Positions 29,235 through 39,764 are shown, counted from the first letter of the stretch. The stretch: DNA of 64,000 bases from Candidatus Aenigmatarchaeota archaeon (GCA_016198685.1 JACQID010000004.1:37160-101159); one strand, 5' to 3'. Numbers and translations: made by a program. Notes: generated by a model from the sequence alone, not told the origin.

Positions 29235-30269
29235 ATGCTTCCAGTACTCAACAATCCAGTTGCACAGGCAAAAGAACCCCTTTCAGATTGGGTTCCGGCA
29301 TGGATGAAAAGAAAAATAGGCATAGTTGAGCGTGCCGGCTACAGAATAGTGGGGCCTCACAAGCATTCTGCAGTAAAGATATGCCATTATACAAAACAGG
29401 ATATACGAGGAAAAGATGTTTGTTACAAATGTAAATTTTATGGCATATCTTCCAGCCGTTGCCTCCAGTTGACTCCTGTTGAATTTTTTTGTTCGATGAA
29501 CTGCAAATTTTGCTGGAGAAACCTAGGATATATAATGCCTCCGGAGAATTTTCCATGGGACTCGCCGGATGAAATACTTGACGACGCGATAAGAGCGCAG
29601 CGAGAGCTTCTAATGGGCTTCTGGGGTTCGGATGCTGACAAGGAGAAGATGGCGAAGGCGATGGAGCCTAAGCACGTGGCCATATCATTGTCCGGCGAGC
29701 CGTGTCTTTATCCCTATCTTCCGGAATTCATAGACAATATCATAAAGAAGCGTGATATGACCGCATATCTTGTCACAAACGGTGCGCATCCTGAGATGGT
29801 AAAAAAGCTCATAGGTCATCAGCCAACGAATCTTTACATTTCTGTGTACGGGCCGGATGCCGAGACATATCAGAAGACCTGCATGCCTAACGTCCCGAAT
29901 CCGTTCCCGAAGGTCATGGAATCGCTTTCGCTAATGAAACACTTTGCATGCAGGACGGTCGTGCGATTCACCATGACAAAGGATTTCAATTTCAAGGAGC
30001 CCGAGGCATACTCCAAAATCATAAGCATGGCACAGCCGCAGTGTGTTGAAGTCAAGGGTTACATGAACGTCGGCGGCGCGCGGGCGCGCCTCACAGCCGG
30101 CAACATGCCGACGCATGACGAGATAATAAAATTCGCGGAGATACTCGAAAAGAACACTGATTACAGGATCATGAACCAGAAGGCGAATTCTCGTGTTGTA
30201 CTTCTCCAGCGCCCGGATATGAATCTTACGCCTGAGGAAGTCATGAGCGATGATGCGTTTACAGGTTAA
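29235..30269 (+). CDS. taw1: tRNA wybutosine-synthesizing radical SAM enzyme Taw1 (TYW1)
   Basis: CSMNCKFCWR radical SAM cluster plus an upstream Cys cluster (CYKCKFYG). Confidence 0.75.
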   Translation: MLPVLNNPVAQAKEPLSDWVPAWMKRKIGIVERAGYRIVGPHKHSAVKICHYTKQDIRGKDVCYKCKFYGISSSRCLQLTPVEFFCSMNCKFCWRNLGYIMPPENFPWDSPDEILDDAIRAQRELLMGFWGSDADKEKMAKAMEPKHVAISLSGEPCLYPYLPEFIDNIIKKRDMTAYLVTNGAHPEMVKKLIGHQPTNLYISVYGPDAETYQKTCMPNVPNPFPKVMESLSLMKHFACRTVVRFTMTKDFNFKEPEAYSKIISMAQPQCVEVKGYMNVGGARARLTAGNMPTHDEIIKFAEILEKNTDYRIMNQKANSRVVLLQRPDMNLTPEEVMSDDAFTG

Positions 30270-30461
30270 GCAAATACACTATTTTTTGGCATGCTCCGTC
30301 TTTTCCATAAACCCGAGGGAAACCGCAACTTTTAATGATTTTTTCATGACGGTTGGATTTCTATAGTCCGCGTATTACATTATATCCTGCTCAGATTGGT
30401 TTTTTATAATGAAAGTCTTAAGGTGAGACTTTCTTCCATAATAATCGATTTCATCAAAGAA

Positions 30462-31007
30462 TTAATTCCTATCCTCGGCTATGACTTTCTTCCCGCTCGC
30501 TTGAGGCTCTATCTTGAGTTTTGCCTTGGGGAATTTCCTGTCAAGCTCCTTGCCTTTGAAATATTCGTGCAATATCACTGCAAGAGCAGCAACTTCGCTG
30601 TGGGGCTGGCTGCCTACGGCAATGTTATAGTCTGCGGCAATATACATCTGGCCGGGAACTTTTGCGCCGCCGACTGCAATCATAAGGTTCTTTTCCTTTC
30701 GTATAGCAGAAATTTTCTTTTGAAGCGGCTCGCCGTACATCGTCAAGTGGACTATTTTTACCCTCTTTTTTTTTGCTTCTTTAATCGGCTGTTTCCAGTC
30801 TTCGATATAGCTTACCTTGAACTTTCCGCCCCATTTTCCGGCAACTTCGGTAACGCTTGCAAGCATGGCATCATCTTTTTCATCAGTGTATATGACTTCA
30901 TTCGCGCCAAGGGCGCGTGCAGTAAGACCCACGTGTGTAGAGAGCCTGTCGTCCCTGTGCAGGCGATGTCCAAGGCGCAAAACAGTGACTTTGCCCATAA
31001 TTATCAC
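30462..31007 (-). CDS. trm56: tRNA (cytidine56-2'-O)-methyltransferase aTrm56
   Basis: VTVLRLGHRLHRDDRLSTHVGLTARALGA SPOUT signature. Confidence 0.7.
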   Translation of the reverse strand: MIIMGKVTVLRLGHRLHRDDRLSTHVGLTARALGANEVIYTDEKDDAMLASVTEVAGKWGGKFKVSYIEDWKQPIKEAKKKRVKIVHLTMYGEPLQKKISAIRKEKNLMIAVGGAKVPGQMYIAADYNIAVGSQPHSEVAALAVILHEYFKGKELDRKFPKAKLKIEPQASGKKVIAEDRN

Positions 31008-31343
31008 TCAGAAAACCGTTTCTCCCGGCGTCGTTATTGATACATGAGCGAATTCCTTGTCTTTTGATCCGTGCCAGTGCCTCTCGCCTGCAGGAACGAA
31101 CACAACCATGCCAGGCCTTACAATATTTTCCTCCTTTTCGGTGGCCAGCACGCCCTCCCCTTCTGTAATGTAAAGCACCTGTTCATGAGTATGATGGTGG
31201 AGCTTAGTCCTTGCGCCGGGCGAGAACTTCACCAGTGCAAGACGTATATTCCGGTCAACAAGCGTTTTGACAGTCACATGCCCCTCAAAAATATCAGAAG
31301 GATTGGTCTTTTCTTCGGCTTTTGCGATATCAATGACATTCAT
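31008..31343 (-). CDS. cupin-domain protein
   Basis: 111 aa; two-His cupin motifs (HHHTHEQ ... HWH). Confidence 0.5.
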   Translation of the reverse strand: MNVIDIAKAEEKTNPSDIFEGHVTVKTLVDRNIRLALVKFSPGARTKLHHHTHEQVLYITEGEGVLATEKEENIVRPGMVVFVPAGERHWHGSKDKEFAHVSITTPGETVF

Positions 31344-31420
31344 GAAAATACATTAAAGTGACGGTTTTTATACCTATTTTTGCCATTTATTAGTTCTCTG
31401 GTTTCATTGAAAAATAAAAA

Positions 31421-31493
31421 TAGCCCCGAGCGGATTCGAACCGCTGTCCGAGGTTCCAAAGACCCCTATCCTTGGCCGCTAGACGACGGGGCT
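31421..31493 (-). tRNA. tRNA-Gln(TTG)
   Basis: Hand-folded. Acceptor AGCCCCG/CGGGGCU (archaeal Gln-like), anticodon loop CUUUGGA, T arm AGCGG-UUCGAAU-CCGCU. Confidence 0.7.
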
Positions 31494-31555
31494 ATAGGCT
31501 CTGATTAGAGTCTTAGATTTTTAAAGTTAGCCAAGCAAGAAGAAAAGAGGCATTT

Positions 31556-33244
31556 ATGAAAATATTATTGATACATTCGGATTTCATACAATTCGAGGCG
31601 TGGCAGAAGGCCATAAAACAGGCCGAGGAATGGCAGAAAGGTCAGAAGACGCGCGTTGATGATTGCCTTGTTGTCTTTACAGCCGTGGAAAAACGCGATG
31701 AAGGCAACATTGCCCAGGTCACCAAGAATATGATCGACGAAGTCGAAAAGGTGGCCAAGGAAATTAAGGCAGATAAACTTGTGTTTTATCCATATGCGCA
31801 TTTGAGCAAAGATCTTTCCTCGCCTGCAACAGCTTTAGAAGCCTTGCGAAAAGCAGAAGAAACCGCCAAAGAACGGGGATTTGAGTCATTCCATGCGCCT
31901 TTTGGCTGGTACAAGGCTTTTGAAATAAAGGCAAAAGGTCATCCTCTGTCTGAACTTTCGCGGGAAATTACGGTCGAAGGACCTGCGGCAAGCGCAACAA
32001 AGAAGAAGGGTGGCGCGCAGCTAACGCAAGCTGGAGAAACAAAAGAGCTTAGCGAAGATGATCATAGGCTCCTTGGCAAGAAGCTTGATCTTTACAGCTT
32101 CCATGATGTTGCGCCAGGCATGACATTTTTCCACCCAAAGGGCATGATAATCAGAAATGAACTTATGAGCTTTTGGCGCAGTGAGCATGCAAAACGTGGC
32201 TACTCGGAAATCAATACACCTCTTATAATGAACAAGTCGCTCTGGCAGATGTCGGGTCACTGGGATCATTACAAGGAAAACATGTTCTTTACAACTATTG
32301 ATGATGTGGAATTTGCAGTCAAGCCCATGAACTGTCCTGGTGCAATAACGGTTTTTAACAGTTCTACTCGCAGTTATCGCGATCTGCCTATGAAGCTTGC
32401 CGAACTGGGCCAAGTCCACCGTAACGAGCTGTCGGGGGTTCTTTCCGGCCTTTTCAGGCTGCGCTATTTCACGCAGGATGATTCCCATATTTTTGTCCGT
32501 GAAGACCAGCTTGAGCAGGAGATAATGAATGTCGTTGATACAATAGAACATTTCTACGGCATTTTTGGCTTCCAGTATCACGTTGAGCTATCGACAAGAC
32601 CGGATAATTCGATAGGCTCAAAGGAGATATGGGACAAGGCCGAGAAAGCTCTGGAAGACGCGCTTAAGGCAAAGAAGATGAATTACAAGATTAACCCGAA
32701 GGATGGCGCATTCTACGGCCCGAAAATAGACTTCCATATCAAAGATTCCTTGGGCAGGACATGGCAATGTGCAACTTGCCAGGTTGATTTCATGCTTCCT
32801 GAAAGATTTGACGCCAAATACATAGGCGAAGACAACAAGCCGCACCGTCCGGTCATAATACATCGTGTAATATACGGTGCAATAGAGCGCTTCATAGGCA
32901 TATTGGTTGAGCATTACAAAGGGGCATTCCCTGTCTGGCTATCGCCTGTTCAGGTCCGTGTTCTCGCATTGACGGACAATAACAATGCTGCCGTGGAAAG
33001 GATTGTGAACATGCTAAGGAACCAAGCCATCAGGGCGGATACGGACATGCGGCCCAGCACAGTAGAATATCGCGTAAGGGAAGCCGAACTGCAGAAGATA
33101 CCCTATATTATAGTAATCGGCGAGAGAGAAGAGCAGTCAGGTACGGTTGCGGTAAGGAGCCGTGGCACAGGCAAGGTACAATTTGGCGTAAAGCCGGATG
33201 CATTCCTTGCAAAGCTAAAGGAAGAAATAGAAAAAAAGGCCTGA
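31556..33244 (+). CDS. thrS: threonyl-tRNA synthetase (archaeal type with N-terminal editing domain)
   Basis: Class II motifs; ThrRS catalytic core (..FRLRYFTQDDSHIF..), anticodon-binding C-terminus. Confidence 0.85.
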   Translation: MKILLIHSDFIQFEAWQKAIKQAEEWQKGQKTRVDDCLVVFTAVEKRDEGNIAQVTKNMIDEVEKVAKEIKADKLVFYPYAHLSKDLSSPATALEALRKAEETAKERGFESFHAPFGWYKAFEIKAKGHPLSELSREITVEGPAASATKKKGGAQLTQAGETKELSEDDHRLLGKKLDLYSFHDVAPGMTFFHPKGMIIRNELMSFWRSEHAKRGYSEINTPLIMNKSLWQMSGHWDHYKENMFFTTIDDVEFAVKPMNCPGAITVFNSSTRSYRDLPMKLAELGQVHRNELSGVLSGLFRLRYFTQDDSHIFVREDQLEQEIMNVVDTIEHFYGIFGFQYHVELSTRPDNSIGSKEIWDKAEKALEDALKAKKMNYKINPKDGAFYGPKIDFHIKDSLGRTWQCATCQVDFMLPERFDAKYIGEDNKPHRPVIIHRVIYGAIERFIGILVEHYKGAFPVWLSPVQVRVLALTDNNNAAVERIVNMLRNQAIRADTDMRPSTVEYRVREAELQKIPYIIVIGEREEQSGTVAVRSRGTGKVQFGVKPDAFLAKLKEEIEKKA

Positions 33245-33278
33245 TTATCTTTTTTATAGCGCGAGATCAAATTAATCC

Positions 33279-33671
33279 ATGGCATTTGAGCTTCTCCCCC
33301 AGGAATTTCTAAATGGGGCAGGATCGGCGTTTTTCATTCTTGCATCACGACCCGAGACTCTAATACTTCTTGTCGGCTTTGGGATTAGCGCTTTATCGGG
33401 CTTTGGTTACGAACTTCTTTTGCATTCGTACATACAACGAATGAAAGAAAAACGGCATTTCACAGAGATAGTTTCACGTTATTTCCTGCTCGTTGTACTG
33501 GTTCATGCTTTTACATCGGTTTACTTCATCATAAGAATGAGCCAGTCTCTGACCCCAGGAATGCCGGATTATCTGCTGGCGGACATTGGAATGATATTCA
33601 TTCTTTTGGTCGTGGTCGCAACTGCCACGAACAACCTCTCGATAATAAGGTCATTCGTAGATAAGGGATGA
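33279..33671 (+). CDS. hypothetical integral membrane protein
   Basis: Hydrophobic, about 4 TM helices. Confidence 0.3.
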   Translation: MAFELLPQEFLNGAGSAFFILASRPETLILLVGFGISALSGFGYELLLHSYIQRMKEKRHFTEIVSRYFLLVVLVHAFTSVYFIIRMSQSLTPGMPDYLLADIGMIFILLVVVATATNNLSIIRSFVDKG

Positions 33672-33675
33672 TGAC

Positions 33676-34002
33676 ATGGAACTCCTGAACTTTGCCGTTG
33701 TGGTTTATGGGCTTCTCGCAGTCATGCTACTCTTTTTCTTCACATACATGGAAGCATACAGGCACGCGAAGAATCTTACAGGAGTTTACCGTAATTTCAT
33801 AATTTCACTTCTGCATTCCGCGTTGTTTGTCGACCTTGCAGGAATATTATATTTCGGGCTTCGTCTTCACCAGCTTAACGCAGGATTTGACGGCTTTCTA
33901 ATCGCAGATATAATGATGGCAATAATTTCAACGATTCTTTTTGCATTGTCCTACCCGTATCTTCTTGACAAGATAAAAGAGATGGAGAACTTGTACGGCT
34001 GA
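33676..34002 (+). CDS. hypothetical integral membrane protein
   Basis: Hydrophobic, about 3 TM helices; possibly co-transcribed with the previous gene. Confidence 0.3.
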   Translation: MELLNFAVVVYGLLAVMLLFFFTYMEAYRHAKNLTGVYRNFIISLLHSALFVDLAGILYFGLRLHQLNAGFDGFLIADIMMAIISTILFALSYPYLLDKIKEMENLYG

Positions 34003-34212
34003 TCAAACAAGGCCTGCAAGCGTCGTCTGCAATTCCTTCTGCTTTGCTTCGCCAAACGAGGCCTTTAGTATTGCAAGATCCTTTTCCTTCTTTTTCCTGA
34101 AAGTTTGCAGCTCTTCAAGCTTGGCAACCGTTTTGCTCATGTCTTTGTCAATGCCTGCGATTTCATTCTCGAGCCTGCGTATCTCGGACCGCATCTCGTC
34201 TTCGAGAGTCAT
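34003..34212 (-). CDS. small coiled-coil protein
   Basis: 69 aa with heptad-like charged repeats. Confidence 0.3.
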   Translation of the reverse strand: MTLEDEMRSEIRRLENEIAGIDKDMSKTVAKLEELQTFRKKKEKDLAILKASFGEAKQKELQTTLAGLV

Positions 34213-34252
34213 TGCTATATTTTTTCTGATTTCTTTTAATTCTCGCCGGTTT

Positions 34253-35407
34253 TCAGGGTAAATGCATCTTTAAATGAATATTAAGAGGGATCTTGTAGGC
34301 AATTCTTCCGCCTATGACGCCTATTTCCTTCCTTCCGAAGTCATAACCGGCTATTTTTGCTGCTACATCGCCATAAGAAGTAGGAATGCATATTCCATCA
34401 GAAAAATTATTGTCGAGCCATTGCATGTATTCGGTTGCTTGGAATCTTTTCTCGGCGTCCCAGTATAGCGAATACGTAAACTCCCCTGTAGGGTATATCC
34501 GAGGATTTTTTATCCTCTCGGCGCCCCACTTTGATTTCATATAGGCGTCCATTTCAGGGCTTATGTTTTCCCATAAAGGCAATATTCGCATAATCTCGTC
34601 AGGACTGTCAGCATGAATCACCGCATTGGGCACAGGCGTTCTATACGTCACATTTGCAATCAAGCCATTCGGGCCTTTGCGGAAAAAGAGATCGGTTTTG
34701 TAATGTATTAGGCGGCCTTCTGGCGTGGGGACTTCTATGCAGGAGACATTTTTCAATGCCGTTCTTATGATATCTCGTGTGGCTTCAGGTAGCATATGAA
34801 TTTCAATGGAGGTTCCTATTTCCGCGCCTAATGCTTTTATGTAAAGTTCTGGCCGGTTGGCATGAGCTCCTGCAACAAATTTTAAGCTGGATAAAGGCTC
34901 CACAAGGCCTTTTTGTATGTCTTTGCTCAGGTCTGCGGCGGTCTGGCGCATGCGTATAATGCCATGCAAGTCTCCCTTTGAGAGATAAACTCTCCCGTCA
35001 TTGACAAAGGATTTTACTGCGCCCGAAGAGGCAAGGGCATTTACTTCCTCCGGGCTCATACTTCTCAGATTCACAAGCTCTTCACTATTGAGAAAATCAA
35101 ATTCCGGGTTTTCAAGATCTCTGAGCATATTAGCTATCAAGGGCTCACCGCAAGCCATCGCTCTTTGGGTATCATCTGATGCAAGCGTGGCGGCTTTTTC
35201 TTTATCCAAACCCCTAAGCAAGTAATCCCATTGCCGGTAAATTTGAAAGGCTTCTTCCGCATTTAACGCACCTCGTTCAATAATTGGCATCATGCCCGTT
35301 TCTTCGAAATAACCGAATCCCGGCAGAATTTTTCTTATTTCATCAGCGTCTATTCGGTTTGCTCTTTCATCAATCATATGCGTTTTTTCTGTGGAAATCA
35401 TTTTCAA
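34253..35407 (-). CDS. hypothetical protein, 384 aa, no recognisable family
   Basis: Long clean ORF with typical codon usage; no motifs I can place. Confidence 0.35.
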   Translation of the reverse strand: MKMISTEKTHMIDERANRIDADEIRKILPGFGYFEETGMMPIIERGALNAEEAFQIYRQWDYLLRGLDKEKAATLASDDTQRAMACGEPLIANMLRDLENPEFDFLNSEELVNLRSMSPEEVNALASSGAVKSFVNDGRVYLSKGDLHGIIRMRQTAADLSKDIQKGLVEPLSSLKFVAGAHANRPELYIKALGAEIGTSIEIHMLPEATRDIIRTALKNVSCIEVPTPEGRLIHYKTDLFFRKGPNGLIANVTYRTPVPNAVIHADSPDEIMRILPLWENISPEMDAYMKSKWGAERIKNPRIYPTGEFTYSLYWDAEKRFQATEYMQWLDNNFSDGICIPTSYGDVAAKIAGYDFGRKEIGVIGGRIAYKIPLNIHLKMHLP

Positions 35408-35415
35408 TGTCTCTA

Positions 35416-36942
35416 TTAAAAATATTTAACCATATAATATCCGTCCGGCTTATAGCCGAATTTCTTGTAATATTCGCGTGCGCCTACACCTGACGTGACT
35501 GCAATTTTAATTTTGCCCCTTTCTTTTGCGATTTCTTCCGCCCTTTCAAGGAGGCGGCGACCATAACCCTTGTGCTGATAGGCTCCTTCTCCATGTATAG
35601 GTACTTGGATACCATAGACGTGAACTTCTCTGACCTTGGCCGTATCTGATTCATCGATTCGCAGGCGCAGAAAGCCTATCAGAATATCCTGCTCCTGATC
35701 TTCAAAGCTCAGGAAGATCTCCTGTCCGCCTCCGGCTTCATAGCTATTTTCGAGAAGTGTGATGTCTTTGGGTGTTCTGCCGGAGACCCCTACTTCCCTG
35801 CAGCGTATGCACCTGCATTTCATGCCGCGTTCGCTAGCGAGCTGCCGAAGGTTTGTTGTCCTTGCGCCTGCCGCGGCTTTATGTTCCGATATGTCGCGCA
35901 TTATCCTCTTTATCCTGACATAGGGAGGCACAATTCTTTTCATTTCTATGAGCAATGATATCATTTCTTCTTTTTCAAGCGGGGCATATTGCCCGTTCTT
36001 CCATTTGTCGTGGAGCTCTGTTCCAGGTATGACTAAAGTAGGGTATATTTTCAACTCGTCAGGCATGTAATCCGGATTTGAAAACAGTTCGCTAAAGAAT
36101 TTCAATTCTCTTTCAAAATCAACTTTGCCAAGAAGACCTGTGAGCCCAGGCATCCAGTGTGCCGTAATCTTGATTCCTGCCTCGCGCAAACGGCGGAACG
36201 CTTCCTTGTTTTTTTCACACCCGTGCCCGCGGTTTACGAGCAACTGGAGGGTTTCATCTGTCGTTTGGACTCCTATCTCCACTCGTGTGGCGCCATAACG
36301 AAGCATTTCATTTACGTAAGAATCGTTGCAATAATCGGCACGGGTTTCTATTGTAAGTCCTATGACACGGTTGCCTGCAGTTTCGTTCAATGCCTTGGCG
36401 TCTTCGAGAGACTGCGAATCTTTTCCGTTGAAAGCGTCAAATGCGCGCTTTATGAAATTCTCCCGATTCAATTTGTCCCATGCCATGAAAGTCCCGCCCA
36501 TTATTATAAGCTCGCACTTGTCCGTGACATGCCCTATGCCGTTGAGCTGCTTGAGACGATTCGAGACCTGCTTGAAGGCATCATATTCATTGCGTTTGGC
36601 TCTTAATGTAGTCGGTTCAACGCCGGTATAGGATTTCGGAGAATATTCTCCTTGAGGACAGAATATGCACGAAAAGGGGCAGGAATAGGAATTTTCCCCA
36701 AGCCACATTATCGCAATATTGGCAACACCCGATAGCGTGCGCACGGGTTTTGTCTTGAGTAGTGCAATAGCATCATGAAAACCGTTCTTCTCGGCATATG
36801 CGATCAGCTCTGCATTCTTCATTATGTTGGGCAGTGCATATTTACCTGCGAGCGTAGTCTTGGCTTTCTCGAGTTCCGAATGGCTCGATATTTCCCCTCG
36901 TTTTATTTTTTCCAAAAGTTCTTGATGTGCTTTTTGTGGCAT
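35416..36942 (-). CDS. elp3: Elongator Elp3 homolog (radical SAM + GNAT tRNA U34 modifying enzyme)
   Basis: CPFSCIFCPQG radical SAM site and a C-terminal GNAT domain (HKGYGRRLLERAE). Start set at MPQKAHQELL. Confidence 0.8.
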   Translation of the reverse strand: MPQKAHQELLEKIKRGEISSHSELEKAKTTLAGKYALPNIMKNAELIAYAEKNGFHDAIALLKTKPVRTLSGVANIAIMWLGENSYSCPFSCIFCPQGEYSPKSYTGVEPTTLRAKRNEYDAFKQVSNRLKQLNGIGHVTDKCELIIMGGTFMAWDKLNRENFIKRAFDAFNGKDSQSLEDAKALNETAGNRVIGLTIETRADYCNDSYVNEMLRYGATRVEIGVQTTDETLQLLVNRGHGCEKNKEAFRRLREAGIKITAHWMPGLTGLLGKVDFERELKFFSELFSNPDYMPDELKIYPTLVIPGTELHDKWKNGQYAPLEKEEMISLLIEMKRIVPPYVRIKRIMRDISEHKAAAGARTTNLRQLASERGMKCRCIRCREVGVSGRTPKDITLLENSYEAGGGQEIFLSFEDQEQDILIGFLRLRIDESDTAKVREVHVYGIQVPIHGEGAYQHKGYGRRLLERAEEIAKERGKIKIAVTSGVGAREYYKKFGYKPDGYYMVKYF

Positions 36943-37011
36943 GAAAATATAGATAATGAAAGTCTTATAAAATAAAGAAATTCTTATAAAGATTTGGGTT
37001 ATAGATGACTG

Positions 37012-37599
37012 ATGGGCATATCTCAATTATCTTCCGGCCTGTCAGTGGTGCGCTATGATATCGAGCGTAAATTCAACGAAGGACTCAGAGAAGATGCCAA
37101 TCGGCAGGTAGGGGATATTGTCAAGGAGCACGGATATCCTGATTATCAGGGTCTTTTCATGGGACGTATGAGAGACAGGTATGATGTATTCTTTTGCCTT
37201 GGCAACGGAGGCAATAGCACTGCAATAGAGGCTTATGAGGACGCACTCAATCTCTGCAAAGCACAAAAATGCACCATCACGCGTAATAACAATCTCTCCA
37301 AGTACATGAAACGCGAATTTGATTATATCTTCGGGCAACGTTTCGAGGGAGGACGTCTTGCCGTCATCGGGGATTCAGAAGTTACGCATCCCGTCACGCT
37401 TGCATCTTACGACACAAATAACGGAAACATCATAATGGTGCCCTTCGGCCTTCGCCCTGAAAATTACGAGACGGCCGAGCGCATCGCAGAATCGCTTGGT
37501 ATAACGCCCGCGTATCCTATAGCTGACGATGAAGGGATACCAGGTAATATTCCATTGCCTCCTGCAATAGAGAATTTCCTTAAACAATTGGGCATGTAA
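37012..37599 (+). CDS. hypothetical protein
   Basis: 195-aa ORF; no recognisable family. Confidence 0.3.
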   Translation: MGISQLSSGLSVVRYDIERKFNEGLREDANRQVGDIVKEHGYPDYQGLFMGRMRDRYDVFFCLGNGGNSTAIEAYEDALNLCKAQKCTITRNNNLSKYMKREFDYIFGQRFEGGRLAVIGDSEVTHPVTLASYDTNNGNIIMVPFGLRPENYETAERIAESLGITPAYPIADDEGIPGNIPLPPAIENFLKQLGM

Positions 37600-37648
37600 A
37601 CCCGAAAGTTAAAATCCGAATGTTAATATTTTGAAATCAAAATAAAAT

Positions 37649-38488
37649 TTATTTCGCGGCCTTAGCATTCTTCCAGAGCATGTTGAACATAGGTTCCATG
37701 AAATTAGAAGTCACATGATTGCTCTGGGACCAGAATGCAATGTCCTGCGTTGGGTGCGTTTTTGCATCATCCGTGAGCCCGATGACGAACTCTTCGCCAT
37801 CGACTATGCAAACTCTGCCCATCAGCTTTTCAATGCTATCGGCGCCATTAAGGTTCTTTATCTGAGCATAGCCGCTAAGAGATTTTATAACTTCCGTGTG
37901 CTCATCTTTTAGAGGCGCAAGAATCTGGACCGCAACTCCCCTTTCTGCCATCTTTTTTATATGAGAAGAGTGGTGTTCTGCGATTTCGTTGAGGCCGCTT
38001 TCTGTGGTTATGAGCTTGACGTTCTTCTTCGCCTTCTTCATCATCGTACCGAGATGCTGGAGCATTGCAGGCCTGCCCTTCAGAGCGCCGGTTAATTCAT
38101 CGGCATTGACCGTTTTAATATTATCCTTGTGAAGCTTCTCGAGTTCCTTTATCGACTCGCTCTTGGAAAGATTTTCCATTCTGATTTCAGCTTCCTTGGC
38201 ATCATCCATTATCTTGGATTTGGCTCTTTCCAGTGCCTCGCGTGGAGGAAGTGAGACGTATTTCAGGGGTTTGCCCGGCTGTAGCATTATGAAGCCTTTG
38301 CTGCTTAGCGATTCAAGAACGTCATAGCATCTGGATCTAGGAACTTTTGATATTTCTGCGAGTTCGCCTGCAGTGGCGCTGCCTCTTGAAAGCAGAGCAA
38401 CCCAAATGTTCCTCTCGTATTTGTTCAATCCTACTGACTTCAACGCATCCAACGTTTTTTGTGACGCCACCATCATAACACCTCGCAT
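37649..38488 (-). CDS. TrmB-family transcriptional regulator
   Basis: N-terminal wHTH (...ERNIWVALLSRGSATAGELAEISKVPRSRCYDVLESL..) plus a C-terminal effector domain. Confidence 0.65.
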   Translation of the reverse strand: MRGVMMVASQKTLDALKSVGLNKYERNIWVALLSRGSATAGELAEISKVPRSRCYDVLESLSSKGFIMLQPGKPLKYVSLPPREALERAKSKIMDDAKEAEIRMENLSKSESIKELEKLHKDNIKTVNADELTGALKGRPAMLQHLGTMMKKAKKNVKLITTESGLNEIAEHHSSHIKKMAERGVAVQILAPLKDEHTEVIKSLSGYAQIKNLNGADSIEKLMGRVCIVDGEEFVIGLTDDAKTHPTQDIAFWSQSNHVTSNFMEPMFNMLWKNAKAAK

Positions 38489-38554
38489 TTTATTATCTTG
38501 ATTGTTGTTAGGGAAACCTTAAATATGTTACTTTTGAGGAAGAACACTAAGCCC

Positions 38555-39706
38555 TCAAATCCAGCCGCCTTTTTTCGCCTCTTTCTCTTCTTTTTTATAC
38601 TGTTTGTGGAGCTCTTCAACGATCTCTTTGACTTCTCCATGGGCTTTGTAGTCGTCTTTAACGCCGCAGGAATTGCCAACGCCTATAATTATGACCTTTT
38701 GGCCCTTGCTCGCGCGATCGACAGCTCTGTCAACGTATGTCTTGACTTTATCCACGGATTCAAAAATGCTTTTCTTCATCGGCAAAATAGCCTCGTCAAT
38801 TCCTACTTTTATGACGATGCTGTCTATAGGTATGCCTTTGGGCAACAGGACGTTTTCTATCATCTCGCGCTGCCCGACTCCGCCCATGGCAAATCCCACG
38901 CCCTCTGCAACAGATCCTGTTTTTTCGCCTTCAAGCTTTGCCCCTGCATCTATAGTAACAACACGGGAAATCTTCTTGCTCTTCATTATTTTTAAAATCG
39001 CCTCATCTATTCTTCCCAAATGAGGTGCAGGGCCTGTAGCCTTGAGAACAAAGCATACTCTGCCGTTTATGACGGTTTCATCAACCACTACTTCTTCTGC
39101 TATATTCTTGGGCTTCTTCATGTAAGTTGCCGCTACGAGCGGTCCTATCGAATCGCCGATAGGCCACCCGTTCACGAACGCTTCGGTGCCTTTGAGTTCG
39201 GATTCTGCAATCTTTTCTATGATAGGCAATTGCATCTGAAGAATCATTGCGATCTGCAGATTCTTGAATTTCTTCGATATTTCAACATAATGACGTACAA
39301 TTTTGGCCATCTGGCGCAGGCTGACAGCAGCTCGTAGGCCGTAATTAATTTCCTGCACTTCTTCTTTGTTTTTCGCTATGCTCTGGGCGAACTGGCTGAA
39401 ACGCTGTTCCATGTTTTTTATGGTTTGATCTATCTTCTTTACAAGCCCGAAAGGATCTATGGAAGAAGGCTCGACTACAAATAACTCGGTGAATTCGTGG
39501 ATAGCATGCTTTGTTGCATGGGTTCCGGTCTTCTTCAAAACGAGCCCATTTGCCTTTTCAGACATCCCTTCTATCTTCCTTGCGCTCTGATCTATCTTGG
39601 ATATGAGCTGCGAAAGCATCATGCGGGGATAAATGTACATGAAAATGAAAAGCATGGCAAACCATGTTATTATGCCAACAGGATCTGTCGCTTGCATGAA
39701 TTGCAT
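38555..39706 (-). CDS. archaeal DUF1512-like membrane-anchored protein
   Basis: N-terminal TM helix; about 380 aa; the family assignment is a tentative memory match. Confidence 0.4.
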   Translation of the reverse strand: MQFMQATDPVGIITWFAMLFIFMYIYPRMMLSQLISKIDQSARKIEGMSEKANGLVLKKTGTHATKHAIHEFTELFVVEPSSIDPFGLVKKIDQTIKNMEQRFSQFAQSIAKNKEEVQEINYGLRAAVSLRQMAKIVRHYVEISKKFKNLQIAMILQMQLPIIEKIAESELKGTEAFVNGWPIGDSIGPLVAATYMKKPKNIAEEVVVDETVINGRVCFVLKATGPAPHLGRIDEAILKIMKSKKISRVVTIDAGAKLEGEKTGSVAEGVGFAMGGVGQREMIENVLLPKGIPIDSIVIKVGIDEAILPMKKSIFESVDKVKTYVDRAVDRASKGQKVIIIGVGNSCGVKDDYKAHGEVKEIVEELHKQYKKEEKEAKKGGWI

Positions 39707-39764
39707 TTTTTTACACCAAAATTATTTCTAAAACCTTTTAATTTGATAGCTTAAATATATTTAG

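Noticed and set aside
30411-30433. Hairpin gaaagtct-taaggtg-agactttc between convergent taw1 and trm56, considered as an intrinsic terminator
   Set aside because: Archaeal termination relies mainly on oligo-T tracts. The T-run (30396-30401) lies on the wrong side of the hairpin for either transcript, so the evidence is too weak to annotate.
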